A stretch of 29,321 nucleotides of DNA from the NCBI GenBank assembly GCA_045046875.1, contig JASFYY010000124.1, positions 1 through 29,321 of the forward strand. The letters run 5' to 3'. The notes under the pieces are model-generated. The model saw only the letters and a list, made by a program, of their open reading frames with translations. It was not told the DNA's origin and did no database searches. Shown one piece after another: positions 15,913 to 25,760 of the stretch. The stretch's first letter is position 1; each line of letters opens with the position of its first letter. Source of the DNA: Verrucomicrobiota bacterium. Its GTDB lineage: Bacteria; Verrucomicrobiota; Verrucomicrobiia; Verrucomicrobiales; DEV007. The position numbers and the translations under genes are program-made.

Positions 15913-18309
15913 TTAGCTGCGAGTGATGAACTCATCGGTATTGAGGATGATACGCGCAGTGGCGATCCATGCGGCGAGCTGCTCCGTGGGTGCGTCGGGC
16001 GGGTTGTCACCGATTAACTCAGCAGCTTCTTTGGGGTGTTTTTTATACCAGGCTTGGGATTGCGTGAGCAGTTGCAGCAATATCTGAATCTCGGAAGAAC
16101 TGGCAGAGCGTCCCATGGTGGTGAGGAATGCCTGCTGTAAGCGTGCCTCTTCATTGGGGTGTTTTGTCTGCACCAGTTTTTTGGCCATTTCCCGGGCAAC
16201 GCCAAAAAAGACTTCATTTTGCAGAGTGGCCAAAGCTTGCAAGGGCGTATTAGAGCTGGTTCTCATCTGATTGGTAACTGCTGCGTCGGGGCAGTCGAAT
16301 AAAACCAGATTGGGATCGGGAGCGGTGCGTTTGTAAAAAGTATACATTCCGCGGCGGTAGAGATCTTCTCCTTTTGAGACTCTCCATTTGAAATTGTTGG
16401 CGTAACTGAGCGCGGCTACGTCGGCAGGGATGGGAGGGAATACGCTGGGACCGCCGACTTTGGGACTGAGGAGTCCCGCTGCCTGCAGGTAGAGGTCACG
16501 GATGATTTCCGCTTCCACCCGGAAACGGTTTTGGCGAGCCAGCAGGCGATTGGCTGGATCCGTATCGGCCAGATCAGTGCGGTAGGTGGAAGATTGGCGA
16601 TAAGTGGAGGACATGACAATTTCGCGGATCATTTTTTTGCGGCTCCACTTGGCATCGTGGATAAAATAATAGGCCATCCAGTCGAGCAGTTCGGGATGAC
16701 TGGGAACTTCACCGGCGGCACCCAAATCCTGAGGCTGGGTGGACAGCGCTTGCCCAAAGAGATGTTGCCAGATTTTATTCACCGTCACTCGAGAGGTCAT
16801 CGGGTGTTCGGGGCTGACAATCCAGTTGGCCAGATCGAGCCTGTCGGCGGGCAGCGTTTTGGCTTTGACCTTTTTCTTTTTTTGATCTTCGCTGAGTTTT
16901 TCAAAACGAGGACGGGGTTTCATTGCCGGCCAGGTGGCCGAAGTGGCGGTTTGCAGCTTGCCGGATTTTTTGTCGGGAGTGAGGAAGTTGCCACGAGTGA
17001 AAAGGTAGGTGTCCCGGCGTTTGTCCTGGCGTTCGATCAGGACACGGGTGATGCCGCGTGAGTTATCGGTTCCACGTAACTTGCTCAGGGCACCTTGTAA
17101 TTTGGTCGCCAGATTTTTATCGGTGACCTGTCGGTCGAGCAAGTCCTTGGTGTTTTTCCACTCTTCGTAACGCTCGATGATTTTTTTCTCGGCATCATTG
17201 GGGAAGTCTCCTACATAAATGGCGTCGAAGTCGGCGTTATTAAAAAAAGCATAGAGCTGATAGAATTCTTTCTGGGTGAAAGAGTCGTAGGGGTGATCGT
17301 GACATTGGGTGCAACCAACGGATGCCCCCAACCACACCGAACCAATCGTATTGATGCGGTCGATCACTCGTTTGGTGCGGTCTTCTTCGGCGTCCACACC
17401 GCCTTCGAGGTTGAACTGGGTCATCAGGTGGAATGCGGTAGCCAGGCGATCCTGGCGACTGGCTTTGGGAAGCAGGTCACCGGCAATTTGTTTGATGGTG
17501 AACTGATCAAAGGGCAGGTCGTCATTGATGGCGGTGATGACCCAGTCACGCCAGCGGTAGGCGTCGGCTCGGGTGCTGTCTTTTTCGTAGCCGGAGGAGT
17601 CAGCATAACGTGCTTCATCCAACCAATGGCGTGCCCAGCGTTCGCCGTAGTGAGGAGATTTGAGCAAGCGGTCGACAACTTTTTCATACGCTTCGGGAGA
17701 TTGGTCGGCGTTAAAATCACTAACTTCCCTGGGACTAGGAAGCAGTCCGGTAAGGTCCAACGACAGGCGGCGAATCAGGGTTCTGCGATCGGCTTCGGGC
17801 GAGGGTTTGATTTGGTCGTTTTCCAAGCGCGCCAGGATAAATTGGTCAATGGTATTTTTGGCCCACGCCTGGTTAGCGACTTTGGGTGGGGTTGTTTTTT
17901 TGAGAGGTTCCAAAGACCACTGTTGCGGCCACTGCGCACCTTCTTGGATCCATTGTTTGAAGAGCGCAACTTGCTCCTTACTCAAGGATTCCTTGGGTGG
18001 CATACGTTCGTCTTCATCTGAGGAAACAATGCGATGGATCAACTGGCTTTTTTTCAGATCGCCTTCAACGATGGCAAAGTCGCCGGACTTGGCTTTAGTA
18101 AAAGCACTGTTGCGGTTGAGAAAGCTGAGGCCTCCCTTTTTTTTCACTCCACCATGGCATTCGGCGCAGTGCTCTCTGAGCAAAGGTTGGATCTGACGGG
18201 GAAAATCTATTTTTTTGTCCGCTGCGGCAGAAGCGGTTGGTTTACAGATCGTATTGAGGGCTGTAAAAATGAAAGTGATCAGGAGGACTTGAAATAAACG
18301 CAAAATCAT
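15913..18309 (-). CDS. Planctomycete cytochrome c (PSCyt1) + DUF1549 + DUF1553 (PSD1) protein
   Basis: IQPLLREHCAECHG...RMPP; IDQFILARL, RRLSLDLTGL, YGERWARHWLD.ARYADS.G, CTQCHDHPYD; PSHPELLDW, FDCPD, TPLQAL; N-terminal signal peptide. Confidence 0.92.
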   Translation of the reverse strand: MILRLFQVLLITFIFTALNTICKPTASAAADKKIDFPRQIQPLLREHCAECHGGVKKKGGLSFLNRNSAFTKAKSGDFAIVEGDLKKSQLIHRIVSSDEDERMPPKESLSKEQVALFKQWIQEGAQWPQQWSLEPLKKTTPPKVANQAWAKNTIDQFILARLENDQIKPSPEADRRTLIRRLSLDLTGLLPSPREVSDFNADQSPEAYEKVVDRLLKSPHYGERWARHWLDEARYADSSGYEKDSTRADAYRWRDWVITAINDDLPFDQFTIKQIAGDLLPKASRQDRLATAFHLMTQFNLEGGVDAEEDRTKRVIDRINTIGSVWLGASVGCTQCHDHPYDSFTQKEFYQLYAFFNNADFDAIYVGDFPNDAEKKIIERYEEWKNTKDLLDRQVTDKNLATKLQGALSKLRGTDNSRGITRVLIERQDKRRDTYLFTRGNFLTPDKKSGKLQTATSATWPAMKPRPRFEKLSEDQKKKKVKAKTLPADRLDLANWIVSPEHPMTSRVTVNKIWQHLFGQALSTQPQDLGAAGEVPSHPELLDWMAYYFIHDAKWSRKKMIREIVMSSTYRQSSTYRTDLADTDPANRLLARQNRFRVEAEIIRDLYLQAAGLLSPKVGGPSVFPPIPADVAALSYANNFKWRVSKGEDLYRRGMYTFYKRTAPDPNLVLFDCPDAAVTNQMRTSSNTPLQALATLQNEVFFGVAREMAKKLVQTKHPNEEARLQQAFLTTMGRSASSSEIQILLQLLTQSQAWYKKHPKEAAELIGDNPPDAPTEQLAAWIATARIILNTDEFITRS

Positions 18310-18451
18310 TTTGTAGGGGTTTTGTGTATCCGGATATCCAGCAAGCTTTCTTCAAAGCGAACAAGGGACATTATATGAGTTGCCCGAAGTTGCCCAGCGT
18401 TCAATTTATTTATTCCGAAAACAGAACAATTAAATAACTAGGTTTAAGTAA

Positions 18452-21184
18452 TTACCCAGTGCTTGAGGCCATGACCTTTTCCACGTCCACTGAGGTGATT
18501 TTGTATTCAGGGCACATGGTATCGCTGTCATGCACATCCGAGGTGACATTATTAACCATGTGTTCAGGAAAGTGAAAAGTGGTAAAGAGGATACCTGGTT
18601 TGACTTCTTCATTGACGTCGGCTTCGAGCGTGACTTCTCCGCGGGATGAAAAAATCCTTACATGATCACCACTGCGGATTTCTTTCTTTTTGGCATCGGC
18701 AGGGTTAATCGTCAGCACGTCTTTGCTGACAATCTGACTGTTTCTAGTGCGGCGGGTCATGGTGCCGCAGTTATAATGCTCTAATAATCGGCCTGTAGTT
18801 AGGATGAAAGGAAACTCTTGCGCGTGATCTTCGATCTCGCTGGATTCTTTAAACTCGATGAAGTGAAACTTGCCCAGCCCCCGTTTGAACGATTCGGTAT
18901 GCAAAATGGTGGTGCTTTCACAGCCTTCTTGAATCGGCCATTGTTTGCCTTGGTCTCCGAGGCCTTCCCAGGTGGCTCCTTTGAAAAAGGGCACGATGCC
19001 AGCGACTTCGGCAAGGGTGCCTTCGGCAGTGTAGTCCGCTTGTTCGTAACCCATGTGATTCATGATCTCGACGATGATCTGGCCGTCGGGTTTGGTGCCC
19101 TCCAGAGGTTCGACAGCAGCTTTGACACGTTGGATGCGGCGTTCGCCATTGGTGAAGGTGCCCGATTTTTCCAAAAATGAAGAGGCCGGCAAAACCACGT
19201 TGGCGTATTGTGCGGTTTCGGTCATGAAAATTTCCTGCACCACTAAAAAATCGAGATTGGCCATTGCGGCTCTGACCGCTTCCGAGTTGGGGTCGGTTTG
19301 CACCACGTCTTCTCCCATCAGCCAGAGGGATTTCAGTTTCCCCATGCGGGCGGCTTCGAACATTTCAGGGATTTTGTAGCCGATTTCACTCGAAACCGTA
19401 GCGCCGTAATATTCCTCATAGTGACGTTTCACATCGGGATCGGTGACATCCAGGTAACCAGCGCCCTGATGGGGTTGGGCCCCCATGTCAGCGGCTCCCT
19501 GCACGTTGTTTTGTCCGCGCAGGGGGTTCACTCCGACTCCTCGGCGACCGATGTTGCCGGTCATCATGGCGAGATTGGCGATGAGCATCACCGTTTTGGC
19601 TCCCTGGCTGTGTTCGGTGACACCTAACCCATGGAAAGACATCGCACTTTTGGCGCTGGCGTATTCGATGGCCGCGGCTTTGACTTGTTCGCGATCCACG
19701 CCGGTGAGTTTTTCGGTTTCATCGAGGTCGAGCGATAGCAGGCCGTTTTTGAGCTCATCCCAATTTTCGCAGCGGTGATCGATGAAGTCTTGATCCATCA
19801 ACTCTGCTTCAAGGATGTAGTAGCTGAACATGTTGAGCAGGGCGACATTGGTGCCGGGGCGCAACTGCAAGTGATGTTTGGCGTAAGGCGTGATTTCTAT
19901 TTCGCGCGGATCGATGATGATCAGCGGAATGCCTTTCATCGCCCGTTGTTTGATCCTCGCTCCGGTCACCGGATGTCCCTGGGTGGGATTGGCCCCGATT
20001 ACCAACATGCATTCGGTTTCGTTGATGTCGTCGATGGAATTGGTGGCGGCTCCGGTGCCAAAACTTTGTTGCATGCCCCAGGCAGTAGGGGAATGACAGA
20101 CCCGGGCGCAGCAATCGATGTTATTGGTGCCGATCACCGCACGGATGAATTTTTGCATCAAGTAGTTTTCCTCGTTGGTGCAGCGAGCAGAGGAAATTCC
20201 GGCAATGGCGTCGGGGCCACTTTCTTTGATGATGTGTTGCAGGTTCTCTGCGATGTGAGTGTAGGCCTCTTCCCAAGTGGCTTCCACCAGTTTGCCGTCG
20301 CGTCGGACGAGAGGGGTGCGCAGCCGATCAGGGTGATTGTAAAAACGGAAAGCGTAACGTCCTTTGAGACAAGTGTGGGCACCGTTGGTTTCGGCATCTG
20401 CCGGAGCTTGAATGGAGAGGACTTCGTTGCCTTGGGTGGCTACTTCCAGATTACAGCCTACCCCACAGTAGGTGCACACGGTGCGTGTGTGTTCGGTGGC
20501 CTGGATGGATTTGGATTGGAAGATATCAGAGATGGCAGAAGTTGGACAGGCCTGGGCGCAGGCACCACAGGACACACAATCAGAGTCTTCAAAGCTGCTA
20601 TCAAAACCTTTGATGATGCGGGCATCAAAACCACGGCCGTGCATGCTGAGCACAAATTGCCCCTGGATCTCATCGCAAGCCCGCACACAGCGTGAGCAGT
20701 TGATGCACTTGGACAGGTCAGAAGTCATGTAGGGGTGGGAGAGGTCCTTCTGGCGGTCGAGGTGGTTTTGTCCTTCAGGGTAACGGACTTCCCGCACGCC
20801 CACTTTGGCAGCGACGGTTTGCAGTTCGCAGTTGCCGTTCACTTCGCAGGTCAGGCAGTCGAGCGGGTGGTCGGTGAGTACCAGTTCGACGATGTTGCGG
20901 CGTAATTTGGTTACCTGGGGGGATTCGGTGAAAATGTGCATGCCTGCGTTCAGCGGAGTGTGGCAGGAGGCGACGGTGCGTCTGGGGCCATCTTCTTGCA
21001 GCGCGACTTCGACGGAGCAGACCCGGCAGGCGCCGTAGGGTTCGAGCTGGGGGGCGTCGCAAAGAGTTGGCACGTGGCCGCGTCCTTTGTGCCGGTCGAT
21101 GAAGTTAAGCAGGGATTCCCCTTCAGCAATCAAGTGCGGAGTGCCGTCAATGTAAGCGGTGTTTTCTTTGGCAATTTGAATCAT
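18452..21184 (-). CDS. fdhF: Mo/W-bisPGD formate dehydrogenase alpha subunit (NAD-linked FdsA/FdhF type, Cys ligand)
   Basis: N-terminal [2Fe-2S] (PTLC..GACRVC..ASC), HxxxCxxCxxxxxC, two CxxCxxCxxxC ferredoxin motifs, CTYCGVGC...CLKG, active-site CARVCH and PLRGQNNVQG. Confidence 0.9.
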   Translation of the reverse strand: MIQIAKENTAYIDGTPHLIAEGESLLNFIDRHKGRGHVPTLCDAPQLEPYGACRVCSVEVALQEDGPRRTVASCHTPLNAGMHIFTESPQVTKLRRNIVELVLTDHPLDCLTCEVNGNCELQTVAAKVGVREVRYPEGQNHLDRQKDLSHPYMTSDLSKCINCSRCVRACDEIQGQFVLSMHGRGFDARIIKGFDSSFEDSDCVSCGACAQACPTSAISDIFQSKSIQATEHTRTVCTYCGVGCNLEVATQGNEVLSIQAPADAETNGAHTCLKGRYAFRFYNHPDRLRTPLVRRDGKLVEATWEEAYTHIAENLQHIIKESGPDAIAGISSARCTNEENYLMQKFIRAVIGTNNIDCCARVCHSPTAWGMQQSFGTGAATNSIDDINETECMLVIGANPTQGHPVTGARIKQRAMKGIPLIIIDPREIEITPYAKHHLQLRPGTNVALLNMFSYYILEAELMDQDFIDHRCENWDELKNGLLSLDLDETEKLTGVDREQVKAAAIEYASAKSAMSFHGLGVTEHSQGAKTVMLIANLAMMTGNIGRRGVGVNPLRGQNNVQGAADMGAQPHQGAGYLDVTDPDVKRHYEEYYGATVSSEIGYKIPEMFEAARMGKLKSLWLMGEDVVQTDPNSEAVRAAMANLDFLVVQEIFMTETAQYANVVLPASSFLEKSGTFTNGERRIQRVKAAVEPLEGTKPDGQIIVEIMNHMGYEQADYTAEGTLAEVAGIVPFFKGATWEGLGDQGKQWPIQEGCESTTILHTESFKRGLGKFHFIEFKESSEIEDHAQEFPFILTTGRLLEHYNCGTMTRRTRNSQIVSKDVLTINPADAKKKEIRSGDHVRIFSSRGEVTLEADVNEEVKPGILFTTFHFPEHMVNNVTSDVHDSDTMCPEYKITSVDVEKVMASSTG

Positions 21185-21196
21185 GACGGGTGGGGC

Positions 21197-22870
21197 TTAG
21201 CTTTTAAAGTAAGGACGAAGTTCTGCTTCGAAATATTGCAGCGCGTTTTTGATCGGTAAGGGGACTCCGCCTCCTAGGGCACAGAGGGAAGTGTGCTGCA
21301 GGGTGTCGAGCAGGTCGTGAATGAGCTCTGGGTCGATTTGGTAATCATCTTCTGTACGCGCTTTGTTGATCAGCTCTTTGCCTCGCACGGAACCTAGACG
21401 ACAAGGGAAACACTTGCCGCAGGATTCATCCGCGGTGAATTGGAAAAGGTGTTCGATGAATTCGATCATCGGAAAGCTTTCAGGGATGCTGACGACTCCT
21501 GCGTGGCCGAGCAAAAAACCAGCTTCGCTGAAGGATTCAAAATCGACCGTGAGCTCTTTGATCTTGCTTATTGGCAGTAAACCTCCGAGCGGGCCGCCAA
21601 CTTGGATGGCTTTGACGGGAGACTTAAATCCGCCGGCCAGATCATCGGTGACGGTAGAAAGCGGGGTGCCCATGGCTACTTCATAAATGCCGGGGCGGGT
21701 AAAATGACTGTCGAGGGAAACCAGTTTGGGGCCGGATGATTTTTCCGTGCCGATTTTGGCAAAAGCCTCGCCGCCGAGAGTCAGAATCGGGCGGATGTTG
21801 GCGAAGGTTTCCACATTGTTAAGAATCGTGGGCTTGCGAAAGAGCCCTTCGACGGTGGGAAAGGGGGGGCGCACGCGCACTTCCGGGCGTTGGCCTTCGA
21901 TCGAGGCGAGCAGCGCGGTTTCCTCTCCACAAATGTAAGCTCCGGCTCCTTTGATGGTTTTGAGGTCGAAGCTGAAATCGCTACCTAAAATGTTGTCGCC
22001 TAATATTCCAGCGGCTTTCAAGTCGGCGATGGCTTGATTGATGATGCGGATGGAGTTGGGGTATTCGGCTCTGATATAAAGCAGGCCGGTGCGGGCTCCA
22101 GCGAACCACCCGGCGACGATCATGCCGAACAGCACGCTGTGCGGCTGTTCTTCCATCAGGTATTTGTCAATATAGGCGCCGGGGTCGCCTTCGTCGGCGT
22201 TACAGACGATGTATTTGATTTCGCCCTCGGCTTCCCGGCAGGAATCCCATTTGAAGGATAGGGGGAATCCGGCGCCGCCACGGCCGCGTAATTTGGAGGC
22301 TTTGAGTTCATTGAGCAGGTCTTGTCGACTGTTCTGCAAGCAGGCTTTTAGTGGGGTGTAATATTCCTCGATACCTGGGAAATCGGCTGTCAGCAGGGGC
22401 GTTTCGAGTGCGGACTCAACGTGGTATTGATCTTGTGAGGCCTGTGCTTCATCTGCCTCAGCCGAGAATATCGATTTCAGATCATCGCTTGATTTGGCTG
22501 AATAGTTTTCATTTTGATATTGGAAGGCTCCTGCTTCGTGGCAGCGTCCCAGACAACAGATGTGACCGATTTCATCAGCGGCGAAATGCTCGCCAAGTTG
22601 AGTTTGCAAAGTGTCCTGGCTACCGGCGCAGAGGCAAGCACTGCCATTGCAAATGAAGACCTTTTTGCCTTCGTTTTCTTTTTTGAGAAAATCATAAAAA
22701 GAAACCGCTCCCAAGGTGATCGCATCACCAACGAGGTGTTCTTCGGACAGGGTGCGAACGGTTTGCTGATCTGCTGCGCTGCCGGTTTCCTCGGCGGCTT
22801 GGACCATGCGTTCGAAGTGATTTTGTTTCGTTCCTTTACGGAATGAGATAGCGCTGAGGTTTTTGGACAT
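21197..22870 (-). CDS. Formate dehydrogenase diaphorase subunit, NuoE-like [2Fe-2S] fused to NuoF-like FMN/NADH domain
   Basis: SFYDF...CNGSAC...CLGRC (NuoE-like); RGRGGAGFP, NADEGDPG, GAGAYICGEETAL, ESCGKCFPCR, SLCALG (NuoF). Stop is 12 nt upstream of the alpha gene. Confidence 0.88.
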   Translation of the reverse strand: MSKNLSAISFRKGTKQNHFERMVQAAEETGSAADQQTVRTLSEEHLVGDAITLGAVSFYDFLKKENEGKKVFICNGSACLCAGSQDTLQTQLGEHFAADEIGHICCLGRCHEAGAFQYQNENYSAKSSDDLKSIFSAEADEAQASQDQYHVESALETPLLTADFPGIEEYYTPLKACLQNSRQDLLNELKASKLRGRGGAGFPLSFKWDSCREAEGEIKYIVCNADEGDPGAYIDKYLMEEQPHSVLFGMIVAGWFAGARTGLLYIRAEYPNSIRIINQAIADLKAAGILGDNILGSDFSFDLKTIKGAGAYICGEETALLASIEGQRPEVRVRPPFPTVEGLFRKPTILNNVETFANIRPILTLGGEAFAKIGTEKSSGPKLVSLDSHFTRPGIYEVAMGTPLSTVTDDLAGGFKSPVKAIQVGGPLGGLLPISKIKELTVDFESFSEAGFLLGHAGVVSIPESFPMIEFIEHLFQFTADESCGKCFPCRLGSVRGKELINKARTEDDYQIDPELIHDLLDTLQHTSLCALGGGVPLPIKNALQYFEAELRPYFKS

Positions 22871-22970
22871 AATTCAGAATTAAAGGTAGCTCGAATCGTG
22901 CCAAATCACAAGGCAGGAAGCTCGCACGGGATTTGGTGAACGAATTTACGCTGGAGAAGAAAATATGTAG

Positions 22971-22999
22971 AACCACTGATTTCACCGATTAGCACTGAT
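22971..22999 (+). repeat. AACCACTGAT triple-heptamer repeat, single copy
   Basis: AACCACTGATTTCACCGATTAGCACTGAT is 28/29 identical to the reverse complement of 3312-3340. Confidence 0.85.
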
Positions 23000-23048
23000 G
23001 GGGAAGACAGGTTTGAAAGGAATGCTATGTAAGATGAAAGCGGCTTGG

Positions 23049-24737
23049 TTATTTTCTCTGTTGTTTGCCCCAGGAGTCGCGCAGGGGCACGGTGCGATTG
23101 AAAACCAGTTGTTCGCTGTCTTCACTGTCGCGACAAAAATAGCCGAGGCGTTCGAATTGAAAACGATCGCCGCTCCCGGCTTCTGCCAGTGAGGGTTCCA
23201 GTTTGCAATTTGAAAGGGTTTTGAGAGAGTCCGGATTGAGGTAGTCGGTGAAGGATCCTTCTTCACCATCGGGATTCTCTACTGAGAACAAACGGTCATA
23301 AATGCGCACTTGCGCGTCAATTGCGTGACGAGCGCTGACCCAATGGATGGTGCCTTTTACCTTGCGTCCGTCGGGTGGGTTGTTGCCGCCTCGGGTTTCA
23401 GGATCATAGGTGCAGCGCAACTCGCTCACTTCTCCCGATTCGTCTTTGATCACTTCTTCGCATTTGATGAAATAGGCCGCGCGGAAGCGCACTTCACGTC
23501 CAACCGACATGCGGAAAAATTTGCGTGGGGCGTCCTCCATGAAATCATTGCGTTCAATGTAGAGTTCGCGGCAGAAGGGGACTTTGCGTTTACCGAAACT
23601 TTCATCACCGGGATGATTGGCTGCCTCCATTTCCTCAACCTGGTCCTCGGGGTAGTTGGTGATGACCACCTTGATCGGATCGAGCACTGCCATCACTCGT
23701 GGTGAAGTTTCATTGAGATGATCGCGCAAGCTGTGTTCGAGCAGTGCGACATCGGTGGTGGAGTTGAATTTGGTGATGCCGATACGGCCACAGAAATGCC
23801 GGATTGATTCTGGAGTGTAACCTCTGCGACGCATGCCGGAAAGAGTGGGCATGCGTGGGTCGTCCCAGCCGCTGACCAGCTGTTCTTCGACCAGTTGTAG
23901 CAATTTGCGTTTGCTGATCACCGTGTAGGTGAGATTGAGGCGGGCAAACTCGATTTGGCGTGGTTGACTAGGGACAGGCAGGTTGTCGATGAACCACTCG
24001 TAGAGTGGGCGGTGATTTTCGAATTCCAGGGTGCAGAGTGAATGGGTGATGTTCTCCAGCGCATCGGATTCACCGTGGGTGAAGTCGTAGTTGGGGTAGA
24101 TGCACCACTGGTCACCGGTGCGGTGATGGTGTTTTTTGAGAATGCGGTAGATTACCGGGTCACGCATGTTGAGATTGGGATGTGCCATGTCGATGCGGGC
24201 ACGCAGGACTTTTGCGCCTTCATCGAAATCACCGTTTTTCATCGCTTCGAAAAGCGCGAGGTTCTCTTCGACGCTACGTTCCCGGTTGGGGCTGTTTTTG
24301 CCAGGCTCAGTAAGCGAACCCCGATAGCTCCTCATTTCTTCTACCGATAGGTCATCGACATAAGCGTTGCCTGCTTGAATCAGGTGTCGTGCCCAGTCGT
24401 AGAGCTGTTGAAAATAATCAGATGAAAAATGCAGGTGCTCGTTCCAATCGAAGCCCAGCCAGCGAACGTCGGCTTTGATTGAATCGACATACTCCTGATC
24501 TTCTTTGGCGGGGTTGGTATCGTCAAAACGCAGGTGACAGCGTCCCTCGTATTCCTGGGCAATGCCAAAGTTCAAGCAGATCGATTTGGCGTGGCCGATA
24601 TGCAGATAGCCATTGGGTTCCGGCGGGAAACGAGTGACGATACTTGAGTGTTTACCAGATGCGAGATCCTGATCGATGATTTCCCTGATGAAATCTTTGC
24701 TGTCGGATTCGGTGGTGGATGGTTCTTCCTGATTCAT
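23049..24737 (-). CDS. glnS: Glutamine--tRNA ligase
   Basis: [17 protein letters not shown] (HIGH), [50 protein letters not shown]. Confidence 0.96.
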   Translation of the reverse strand: MNQEEPSTTESDSKDFIREIIDQDLASGKHSSIVTRFPPEPNGYLHIGHAKSICLNFGIAQEYEGRCHLRFDDTNPAKEDQEYVDSIKADVRWLGFDWNEHLHFSSDYFQQLYDWARHLIQAGNAYVDDLSVEEMRSYRGSLTEPGKNSPNRERSVEENLALFEAMKNGDFDEGAKVLRARIDMAHPNLNMRDPVIYRILKKHHHRTGDQWCIYPNYDFTHGESDALENITHSLCTLEFENHRPLYEWFIDNLPVPSQPRQIEFARLNLTYTVISKRKLLQLVEEQLVSGWDDPRMPTLSGMRRRGYTPESIRHFCGRIGITKFNSTTDVALLEHSLRDHLNETSPRVMAVLDPIKVVITNYPEDQVEEMEAANHPGDESFGKRKVPFCRELYIERNDFMEDAPRKFFRMSVGREVRFRAAYFIKCEEVIKDESGEVSELRCTYDPETRGGNNPPDGRKVKGTIHWVSARHAIDAQVRIYDRLFSVENPDGEEGSFTDYLNPDSLKTLSNCKLEPSLAEAGSGDRFQFERLGYFCRDSEDSEQLVFNRTVPLRDSWGKQQRK

Positions 24738-24824
24738 GAATAAAAAGTGTGCGTTGCTGTAGGCGTGGCGAATAAGTCACCATGCAGGTGTTTTATAAAG
24801 GAAAATTGTGCTGAATCCAGTGAT

Positions 24825-25220
24825 TCAGGGAAGATTTTTTAGCACAAAGAGCCAGTTGGTCAGTACCAACACAAGGGTGACGATCCAGAAAGCTCGCCCC
24901 GGGCGCCAGCGGTCAGGGACAAGGCGTTGACGATTGCTGAAATAAACGAAGACCAGCAGTGGCGAAGATAACAATAGAAGGGTGATCAGGGGATTGAATG
25001 AAAAAGCCTGACTGAGCTGTCCCTGGCTGAGTGAAAGCAGGGCACGGGTGCCTCCGCAAGTGGGGCAGGGGATATCGGTGAGGTTTTTGACTGGACAGAT
25101 GGTATAGGAGGTTCCCATGCGCAAGTTTGCCCAAGTGAACAGACTTGCCCCCAAAAACCAAAAAACCGTGGTGATCAACCACGGTTTGGTGACTCCGCTC
25201 GTAGCTGGGAGGTCTGGCAT
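24825..25220 (-). CDS. DUF2752 family membrane protein
   Basis: CPVKNLTDIPCPTCGGTRA...AFSFNP signature and three hydrophobic segments. Start placed at ATG 25220 to avoid overlap with the upstream gene. Confidence 0.85.
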   Translation of the reverse strand: MPDLPATSGVTKPWLITTVFWFLGASLFTWANLRMGTSYTICPVKNLTDIPCPTCGGTRALLSLSQGQLSQAFSFNPLITLLLLSSPLLVFVYFSNRQRLVPDRWRPGRAFWIVTLVLVLTNWLFVLKNLP

Positions 25221-25251
25221 TCGAGTAGGAGTCTGCCGGCAAATGCGGGTT

Positions 25252-25533
25252 TTATTGAGTAGCTTGAATACCACCACCTAGAGCAGCAGCTCCAATACCC
25301 AATAGAAGGAACAAAGCTCCCAAAATAAATACCAGTATATACAAAGCCACCGTAATTATACCACAGATCTTGCCTGCTTTGGTCAGTCCTTCACCCTCTG
25401 GGTCCATTTGGCCAGCAGCCATTTTTTTGAGATCGCCGTTGCCCATGATCCAGGCAGCGATACCAAAAGGTGCGCAGACGGCTATTCCTAGAATTCCGAA
25501 TATTAGAATGAGATTTCCGCGATGTTCTTCCAT
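25252..25533 (-). CDS. DUF4190-like small membrane protein
   Basis: HRGNLILIFGILG..CAPFGIAAWIMG..DL..M..G.MDPEG.GLT.AGKICGII pattern. Start is ATG 25533 or 25569. Confidence 0.75.
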   Translation of the reverse strand: MEEHRGNLILIFGILGIAVCAPFGIAAWIMGNGDLKKMAAGQMDPEGEGLTKAGKICGIITVALYILVFILGALFLLLGIGAAALGGGIQATQ

Positions 25534-25760
25534 TTTTTGCGTTGGTGGTGTGAGTTGCTGTTTGAGCATTACTGATTTTAATAGGGCAGGTCAATAAAAA
25601 ACGGCGATGATCCGGTTCGCAAAAAATAGCGCGATTGCGTAAGTCGTTTTTATTGAATGATATTCAACAAATGCGATATTCTATTGTCATTACAAATGTT
25701 TGCCCAGCCCCAAGCTGGGCAGGATTTTTAAGATCCAGCGTAATTCAATCCCTGCTCATC

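Noticed and set aside
18378..18395. Short direct repeat AGTTGCCC x2 upstream of the PSD1 gene
   Set aside because: Two 8-mers with no second occurrence noticed; too weak to call a regulatory site.
20070..20130. Possible selenocysteine in the formate dehydrogenase
   Set aside because: The active site reads CARVCH with a Cys codon and there is no in-frame TGA.
19775..20695. Long antisense ORFs (306 aa here; also 2335-3036, 14635-15312, 17293-18021, 8109-8717)
   Set aside because: They lie opposite well-supported genes, have no motifs, and are the expected result of codon bias.
25635..25760. Upstream TTG start for the DUF1549 gene
   Set aside because: It would bury the signal peptide and cover the divergent promoter region; ATG 25761 is preferred.
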